Position numbers and translations under genes: made by a program. A DNA stretch of 64,000 bases from Phoronis australis (lineage: Eukaryota > Animalia > Phoronida), in assembly GCA_002633005.1 (NCBI GenBank), contig NMRA01000125.1, forward strand, positions 591,566 to 655,565, in the 5' to 3' direction. The notes below the pieces were generated by a model. The model did no database searches. It saw nothing but the letters and a program-made list of their open reading frames with translations, and was not told the DNA's origin. This document shows positions 55,751-64,000 of this stretch, in pieces; positions within the stretch are counted from its first letter, which is position 1, and each line of letters starts with the position of its first letter.

Positions 55751-58514
55751 GAATTATTTATCTTGTGCTTCTGGTATAATCATCAAGAACTGACAAACGG
55801 CCTTTCTAATGATATGGTTCTTATGCAGTTCGGTTTAAAAACTGCGGAGTTGCGAAAAGTTTTCAAGACAAAAATCCATAGCAAATACACCGTGACACAA
55901 CGGAACAAACGAATGCAAACGACTCTCAGCGGCCGCGAGATAGGAGTTGGCATTCCACCGGGCTAGAGTTCTATGACTTAACCTAACAATGGAAAGAGTT
56001 AACAATCAGATTTATTTTTTTCTTTTTGAATTAATGAATCACTATGTAGAAATGAGTTTCTGTCTGCCAAATCTAAGTCATAATCAAGCGAAAGTCGCTT
56101 TCTCGCTCTCATTACCATAGAGAGCGTCATTATGAAAAGTCCCGGCTTCGTCTTCTTCGTTGCCAAAAACAGATTGCCGCAATTATGTAGTGCATTATAC
56201 TATAACTAAATATTAGAACGCATTTCCCTCCAACTTATATATAAAGCGTCTCTCGAAATTTACCTTGCCACGATAGCAATTGGTTTATATAATCGAAAGA
56301 ATTGAGAGGTTTGTGGTCGTTGTCTAATCATTACTCAAACTTGAAATTAAAAGTTTTGGCATTATTCGATGCTTGGGTACATACACTGTGATGACTTAGT
56401 TAGGTAACTTTCTAAACCTAGTTTGCAATTTATGACCTCAGCATTAAAGCTAAATGGTCGAGTATGAACTCGAAATTTCGAGTGTTTACTCGAGTTTGCA
56501 GCACGAAAATTGGGGTCATCAAGTGCAAACATCGACTAGAAATTTTTATGCATAAACAATGGTGTGCTCGAGCACAGACTGTCGACCACTTATCTCGACG
56601 TCGCACAAAAGTAGATTAGGAAAATTACCAAAAATAGTTTTGAATTCGATTTCGAGTACACAGATTAGAGCCTGGTCCATGGAGTGAAAACGACACGTCT
56701 CAGTATGAATGTCTGACTAACCTTACCACATGGTGGCGACTAACCTTCTTTTAACGTTGAGCTGTATGATCTGTTTGGAAATGAAAACAGTTTCCTATCA
56801 TGGTGTGTTGAAGTTTAAACATACATGTACTTGTTTGTGTAACTGTGTAGCACTAGGCTTATCATTAGCGTTAAAGGTAGTGATCAAGAAGACATTGGCT
56901 TCACTTGATTCACTTTGGTTTCTCCTGGTGAGCCGGCTGGGACATGTGATTGGTCTCCAAGAGGACTTCCAGTTTACAGACAAAAGTCGTACGCCCTAGT
57001 CGGTTGACCCATTTGAACCGGCGAACTACATGTAGATCTAGCGCAGCCAATTATGTGATTCAAGTGGCTTGACATACAACACGTTGATGCACCGAAAACA
57101 TTACTATGACTTGGTAGAGACATACTGATTTTCTGGACACACACATTAGATAGAGCTAAGACTAGACAATCATAATGGTGTCAAATATTTTGTAACTTCA
57201 GTTTAAGGAACGAATGCTTGCCCAAAACTGAAAGAGTTACAACTACCATCCGATGCCGGGATGTGCGTCTTAAACGATATTTCAATACTTGCCATATCCG
57301 GTACGCAATTTACACGCTACGTGCGAACGTAGTATATTTATTAGTCAGTGTTTCGATGATCTTCATTTTATGTGTGATTTTAAGCATTAAGCGTTTAATA
57401 TATTATAAACGACAACAATTAACCCAAAAATGCAAGAGTCTTTCTGAAGAGCGCTCAATCGATTAACTTTCTCTTACATGTACATGTTGACTCCCGTGTT
57501 TGCTCATAATGCATGGTGGCTATGAAGCAAATATCAGCAAGGGAATAAATCGTGATTCATTTGATATACGTATACTCTACTGAACTTACATCTGAGAGAA
57601 AATTTGTTCCTCGTGTCACATTTCAAATGTCATGCAATTAGTAATTGTTGTAAATCTTACGGTATTGAACGCTTTTCATATTGCATGTACGCACTGCGCT
57701 ATCATTTCGTTTCACAAACTTAGTCCGTATAAAATAAGCTTTGGGAAATCTACTTCAAAACCGCAGACAAACCGTTAGAGTTCTAAGTGTAGTTGTTATT
57801 AACCTTCTAGCAAAATATATTTCGGGAAATTGCAAGCGTTTTTTAACGTGATCACCATTTAGTTTCGTTTGAATTTGAATAGTGCCTATCTTTCTAAATC
57901 CAAAGCTTTCCAACCACAACTGGAAACCTGTTTACCCACGATGCCTCACATCACCGGACGAGCAGTTTTCAGCACCGATTTCACTGTATGCAAATACAAG
58001 GTAATGAAAAGTTTTGAGTCTGCAAAGCAGACTAAAAAAAGAAAGGTCAAAAACACAAAATCGACACTTTTCACCCAAAAGTCACCACTTCTCTACCGAT
58101 ACACGACTAAAGCCAACATTAGATTCCGAAAGCAAATTTCCTGCCAATTCTAAAACTGTGGTCCAAAAGCATTGTCAATCATCTAGGTTTTTTGCAAATC
58201 TGGCTTGCTTGAGGGCTCCCTGAAATCGCAGCCAATTTCTCAGTCACTACCCAGCAATGCACAATTGCAACAGCAAGCCGCCATCGTGAAGAAGAGTGCA
58301 GCTACACTATCGGGGGAAGTGTTTTTTCATTCTCAACATATTTACAAATACAAAAAAAAATAAATTCACAGAGCCTTCATGCAATGTCTACCTAAAAGTG
58401 TCCCCAAGCCTGGCCTACCCCTAGATTTTAATATTTTGACACTGCAAATTGGCCGTGGCAGCAGCCCAACTGTTCAGTTCCAAATACGAAGCACGCGTTT
58501 TTCTTTCATTATAG

Positions 58515-58557
58515 ATGTCACGCCACCTAGTGTCCAGTCAGGGAAGCTTGCGTATAG
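58515..58557 (+). CDS. Candidate exon of an unidentified long-intron gene (DVTPPSVQSGKLAY)
   Basis: Strong acceptor tttttctttcattatag, donor AG|gtattg; phase-compatible with 46518-46594. Confidence 0.4.
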
Positions 58558-60595
58558 GTATTGATAAATAGCGCTGGAAGACGATGTTTCTGTGAATTGA
58601 AATATAGGTTGACTTTGAATAGGGAAAGTTCACGAGCACGTCTAAACTACTGGATGCTAGCCCTAAAATCGCCTAAGAATGGCAAAATCGTTTCAGCAAA
58701 TTGAGTCTTGATCTCTTTTATATTCCAGCAAAACATGAAATAATGTTCGCTTAACATGGGGCGTGATGAATGCATTTCTCAACATCAACCAAACATAATG
58801 CCGAAATGTTACTTTCAAACTAGTTGGTATGTCCAAAAGATGCCCTGATCAATTGAGAGCTATGTAGTTACATGATGCTTTCTCAGTACTACCACTCCCA
58901 GAGTGCATGCACTGTTGAGGGTATTTCTTTTTCTTGGCATAGTCTTATGTCTGTAAATGGATGGAAAAACGAGCGCTAGGAGATTTCTGCATTGGAACAG
59001 TTGGGTCGGGGAACCGGTGTACATGTTATTGGTCACGTGTTCTCTATAGCAGACACGTGCTTATACAGTTCGTCGAACGACCGTAGACGCGGGTGTAATT
59101 TCACGTATCTCATTATGATCATAGTTCGAATTAGAATGCATAGTTATGTATATTTCTCCATCTGTGCAGTGAATATAATGATAACTGATTATAATTATAC
59201 GCACTCAAGTTGTGGAAGGTCTTTCACCACCATAAGAAAAAAATCGTCCACCGGGTTTAAAGCCTGCTCACGCAAATCATTTGATATAATAATAAACACT
59301 TTCCATCTGAGGATTTGCAGTCAATCACGTGACCAGAATAAATAAGCAGTTTCAGTCAAATCAATGAGTCTCTGAAGATGGAAATTTAGATAAATTGCGT
59401 CCAGACAAGTAAACTTAAATTTTCATCAGAGCTCACACTTGAATGACAGCGAGGTCCTACCTGTTACAATTTGCAAAACGTACAGGTATGCATCCATTAA
59501 ACTATCATAGCCGTGAGTCAGTTAACCAGCTTAATAATAAACCCCAACACATAGAAGTTACAGACGGCAGCGGCACCTCACCCTTGTACTCCGTTGGCAT
59601 ACGTAATCATAAAATTTGTACCGTGTTCGACGTGCCGAATAAAAGCACACACATTGTCAAAGATACGTCTTGATAGGCAAAATGTCTTGTCACCATTCCG
59701 CAGGTCTTTACAAGATTGCTTCGTGAATACTTCCTTAAATAACGTTTGTTAAGTTTATGTTGGATCTTACTGGCAAATCTGCCTATTTGACCAAATAACT
59801 ACAAAACTGTACATTTCAAAACATTACAAGTATGCTTTCTGACCGCGAATGTGACAGCGTGTAGAACTTGCCATTAACAGAGTCACGTGACCATCTTTGT
59901 AAAGTAGAATTTACAAAAAAGAAATGTACCAATAGCACGATGAAGTTTTTGGTTTATTAAAATATTCGAAATGAGATATCAAAAACGCTTTTACAGTTTT
60001 CAAAAATATCAATTCGTTTTCGTCTAACGGAACAGCCATTTTCCGCTCGACTAAAAAGGAAAAACGAGACGTGTGTTTTTGCTGCACCCGCAATTCCCGG
60101 TTCAACTACAAAAAAACACCAAAAACGCTCTCGGGCATTTTTGGGTGTTACATCTCACTTCGACAAAAACGCTGGCATTACTTCTCTGTGTGTTGTGTTG
60201 CTACGAACATCTCACCTTCACGTTGTGTCTTAGACCCATATATCCCACTTTTTATCCTGAAGTCACCCTTTTCAACCCAATTTTTGCTCCGTTATTTCAT
60301 CTCGAGTCTTGACCGTGAAAACTATGCAACAGATGTTCAAAATAACATTGCCTCTTTTTAAGAATATCAATGTTTTACAGAGTTCACTTTCTTTAGTAAT
60401 ATAACAAAACTTGGTCCAATGACTCTTATTTACGGTAACATACACTGCGTGCATTAGGAACACTAAATTTTGCTTACTGAAAAAAGAGTTTATTTCTAAA
60501 CAGTTATGAAAAATTCCTACATTGCAACCAATGTGATGAACTATCTACAGTACATTTTAAAGCAACGTGATGCACGTTTACCCAGTTTTTGTCTA

Positions 60596-62743
60596 TAGTC
60601 AGGTTTGTTGTGTAATTTTGTTGGACTTTTTTGGGGAACGTGGAATCTATACATTTCTGGAAACCTTACGGATTGACAAATCAGAAAATAATCGATTCCA
60701 TTTTTGGCGGCCATCTTGGCGGCCATTTTGGATTTTCAAAATGGCACCCGTAAAATGAATTTTGCCCATTATCACCAGTTTTGGGTCACTTTGAATGTTG
60801 GATTTTTTGGCTACATCTGCATTTTTCAGGTCAAGGAATTAGAATGTTTTAATTTTATTGGCGGCCATTCTCGCGACCATCTTGGATTGTCTGTACATGT
60901 AAAACCATAGAAAGCCGGAAGAGACTTTGCCCAGACAGCACCAAATGTTGTCCATATTGGAACCCAGATGGCATGGAGACTGAAGTATTTCTGAGAAGCT
61001 TGTCATAATAGGCAATGACGAGTACCAGTAAATCTGTTTCAAGTGAAAAAACCTCAGCTGAGAAGCAGGGACGTTTTGATGTGATGCCAAAACTGCATGA
61101 TGAATTAGCAATATATCTGCTTTTTCGTGATTGTTTTCTTCTAAGCGTAGATCACGTCGGTTGCTCTTTGTGCATCCTGAAGCTGAAGTAATGGCTACCT
61201 TGGCAGAGTCTTTGCTATAATAAAGTGTCTTTGAAGATAGATATTCAGTAAGTTGAGCCTTTTTGTCCATGAAAGAGGAAACGGCTCATTGGAATGTTCG
61301 GTATGTAAATCTTATCTCTTATCTGATACTGTACTTGACCCTTTCTCTGCCTCCTTTTTTCTCTTGTGGCTTGTTTCAAAGAGCTGTCTTTGTGGGTGTC
61401 AAAAACCAGAATGATATCGTTATAATCTCTAGTTAAGAACATCACTGCCACAATATCCACACGTGCAGTTTTGTGGCTTAGGTGAACACACTCTGTCGTT
61501 TACATTTTTTCTGGATGTAAAATCTCTCTTGCAGCTTGAGGACTGTCCTGTTCTAAGACGTCTGCTTCGGAAAGTTTGTGCAGAAGGTGGATTCGATTCG
61601 ACTTTTCTGTGCATGACAGCATTGCCTCACTGGCAGCAAAGATTGCTCTTGGTCTTAGGTTGAATTCATAGTGGCTGACAGCATGTTTCTGGTCGATTTG
61701 CCTATTTAACTTGACAATTACCAGCAGCCTGTCAAAAACGTCCATGGTCTTCTCGAGATTCAGGGCGACGTCACAGAACTTTATGGTTGTCTTCTTGTGC
61801 CCTGACATACACATCTTATTGTTTAGCTTTTTGACTGATGACCAAAGGCTTTTATATTCATTGACTCTAAGGTCTGGTATCTAGGAGCTGCACAACCCTC
61901 TAAAATAGACCCATGTCACACGAAATGACAGTTGGATGAGCCTCGTCAACAAACAGCCTCCTCAACTGGCTCGTCTGTAAAACAACAGTTAGCAGGGTCG
62001 ACCACTCATGGGCCATCTATAGAAGCAGTGATATGGCACCAAACTCAGTTAGAGACTGGCTTGTAGGGATCAGTGTTGCTCTCGTCATTGATCCTCAGCC
62101 TGATTACTGCCAAAATTATCTGCCATCCGACTGTCAAAGACAAATGTTCTTCCAATGAGTAGAGGAGAGCTGGATTCCAAAGTGAACAGTGGAAATAATA
62201 TTGAAATCTTCAAAAGATATGTCTCAAATGTATTTTCAAAAAGTATAGATATACATGTATATATTGTAAATAAAGGTTAATCTGCGTTTCTGTGATTCCT
62301 TTAAATATTCTGGGGGCTCGTAGCTGCTATTAAAATCATTTAGATTATATGTATCATTTCAGAAATAGTGTTTTTCAATCCCTTACCACAAACTAACATT
62401 CTAAGTAACCCAAGAGCAAAGATACTGAGCAAAATGTATTTTACGGGCGCCATTTTTGAAATTCCAAGATGGCCGCCAATAAAATTTCCAATTCATTGAC
62501 CTCAGAACTGCAGGTGTAACCATAAAAACTAACATTCTCAGTGACCCAAGGACGGATATATTGGGGGAAATCTATTTTACCGGCCCCATTTTGAAAATCC
62601 AAGATAGCCTCGAAAATGGCCACCAAATATGGTATCAATTATTTTCTGATTCGTCATTCCCTGAGGTTTCCAAAAAATGTATAGTTTCCACTTTCTCAAA
62701 AAAATTCCAACATTGTCAAAATTTCACATAGTGAACCTGACTA
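60596..62743 (-). mobile_element. AcademX DNA transposon, internally deleted and decayed (XPG/PIN-like nuclease region kept)
   Basis: Long TIRs starting TAGTCAGGTT / AACCTGACTA with repeated GGCGGCCAT(C/T)TTG; 3-bp TSD CTA; frameshifted minus-strand pieces DRLLVI...YEF, ILVFDTHKDSSLKQATREKRR, NHEKADILLIHHA (HEEAD-type motif). Confidence 0.8.
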
Positions 62744-63185
62744 CTATCAGAAAACCTTTATCTAAAAATTTGAGATAGATACTTGGAGTAGTATATTGCA
62801 TTTCTCGTACGTGCCACTGGATTCTAAGTTTTATTGAACAATTGTATCAAACGGCATCGAGGGTCCAATTAATCATCATAATATATAAAGACGTGTAATT
62901 TTTGATGAATGCCTGACTTAATTATCCACAGCAAGAATGAGGGATCCATATGCTAAAACCTCTGTCTGTATACATGTAGGACAGAAATCTTTTCAATCAT
63001 TGAAATTATTTCGTCATTTCCCTAATGGCTTCAGTCATTTACATGAACATGTATGTAACCTCTCATTACATTTTTTATGTTACAATTTCACGCTGTTATA
63101 TTTCGCATTTTGGTAACACTCCTGGTTTTTAGAATTAAACGTACTTTTATACAGTCAGGTATGTGAAACTATAATTACTGATAAA

Positions 63186-63313
63186 TAAATATAGATTATT
63201 ACATGGCGAAGTCGTTATCCCCCGTTATTTAGAGCCCGAGTGGATTTAGGCAAATTATCTCCCGAGGGGTGCGTTAGCGATAACGACTGAGAACACGTAA
63301 TAATCTATTTATA
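63186..63313. repeat. Fold-back element (possibly a Crypton-like terminal hairpin)
   Basis: ATAGATTATTACATG...GTCGTTATC / GATAACGAC...CACGTAATAATCTAT inverted arms with internal CCCGAG motifs. Confidence 0.55.
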
Positions 63314-63846
63314 CCACATACTGAACGAGAAACATTGCAATGAATCGATCTACCTTTCTCGACTCGCCTCGGCTTTGTATCTACTTTCTTTGTCAGAGGC
63401 CCGGGGTCGGAGGTCGTGACCTTTTAAGAGCTATTTTTGTCAAGTAATGCTTATACTCAAAACCAATTGAAAATTTAAACAAAATAGAAATAAAGTGAAT
63501 CTATAAATTAAGGTTTAGCAACTATTATAGCTTACTACACATTTTATCACGCTAAGTTTCGACCGGGAAAATATCGTTTGCTAAAGTAGGTTACCACTAG
63601 TAACTGACTATAATGCTCAAGTCAAAGGATCCCGACGTCACGATACCAGCATTCAAATTGGAGATAGGGGATGTACAAGTGAATGAACACGAGAGAAAAA
63701 ATGTCACTGAATTAAAATATCGTTTTTATGGAAATTATGCGTCTTATTTTTCATAGCTTATAAATGTCGGTGCAATGCCCTTTGCTGAGCAAGCGATTGT
63801 TGCGCATGCTCATTTAAGTATTCTGTTTTCACGTTCGGTGACGTCT

Positions 63847-64000
63847 GCCGCTGAGTGGTGTAGAGGTAAAGTCGGCAACTCGAAACTCTTGAGGTCCGGG
63901 TTCGAAACCTGCCTCGGTTTAACGCCAAATTGTTATCTCACTAGGGAGATAACTTCATGGGTTATTACAGGGTTGTATCTGCCATTCGAGGCTAATATTG
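63847..64000 (+). mobile_element. tRNA-derived SINE head (runs off the window)
   Basis: Pol III A box TGGTGTAGAGG (63856-63866) and B box GGTTCGAAACC (63899-63909); no full cloverleaf and no poly-T terminator. Confidence 0.65.

Noticed and set aside
56851-56927. Additional exon of the long-intron gene (ALGLSLALKVV...)
   Set aside because: Weak acceptor, and it ends in phase 0, which is incompatible with the 58515 candidate as read.
58440-58640. Deu/Nin-domain SINE remnant (gggaagcttgc, gataaatag, ttcacgagcac words)
   Set aside because: Only short word matches recalled from memory, no tRNA head, and an exon reading fits the splice signals better; would need nhmmer to settle.
23-62638. Most short ORFs in the supplied six-frame track
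   Set aside because: No recognisable motifs, often non-ATG starts, and lengths expected by chance. Only those overlapping PEBP exons, candidate exons or TE remnants were used.
63847-63920. Functional tRNA gene
   Set aside because: A and B boxes are present but the cloverleaf stems do not pair fully and there is no terminator; better explained as a SINE head.

Overview
Eukaryotic, AT-rich, intron-containing DNA, most likely from a marine invertebrate (inferred from the transposon repertoire; the species cannot be assigned). One gene is well supported: a 5-exon PEBP/RKIP-family gene on the + strand (1332-8155, 178 aa). A second, unidentified + strand gene with tiny exons and very long introns may run from about 31-35 kb past the window end. 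The rest is mostly nested transposon remnants: three 151-bp Harbinger-type MITEs with CWG target duplications (one 52 bp upstream of the PEBP ATG), a tandem pair of ~1.5-kb TIR elements rich in target-like motifs, an inverted pair of Penelope GIY-YIG remnants with decayed hammerhead motifs, an AcademX deletion derivative with a matching empty site, hAT5/hAT6-, Kolobok- and AcademH-like MITEs, a solo LTR with heat-shock elements, LINE fragments and a tRNA-derived SINE. I found no clearly new multi-gene system. The best leads are the target-specific MITE network, the cryptic long-intron gene, a long intronic hairpin and a strong excess of TACATGTA. All alignments and counts were made by eye.
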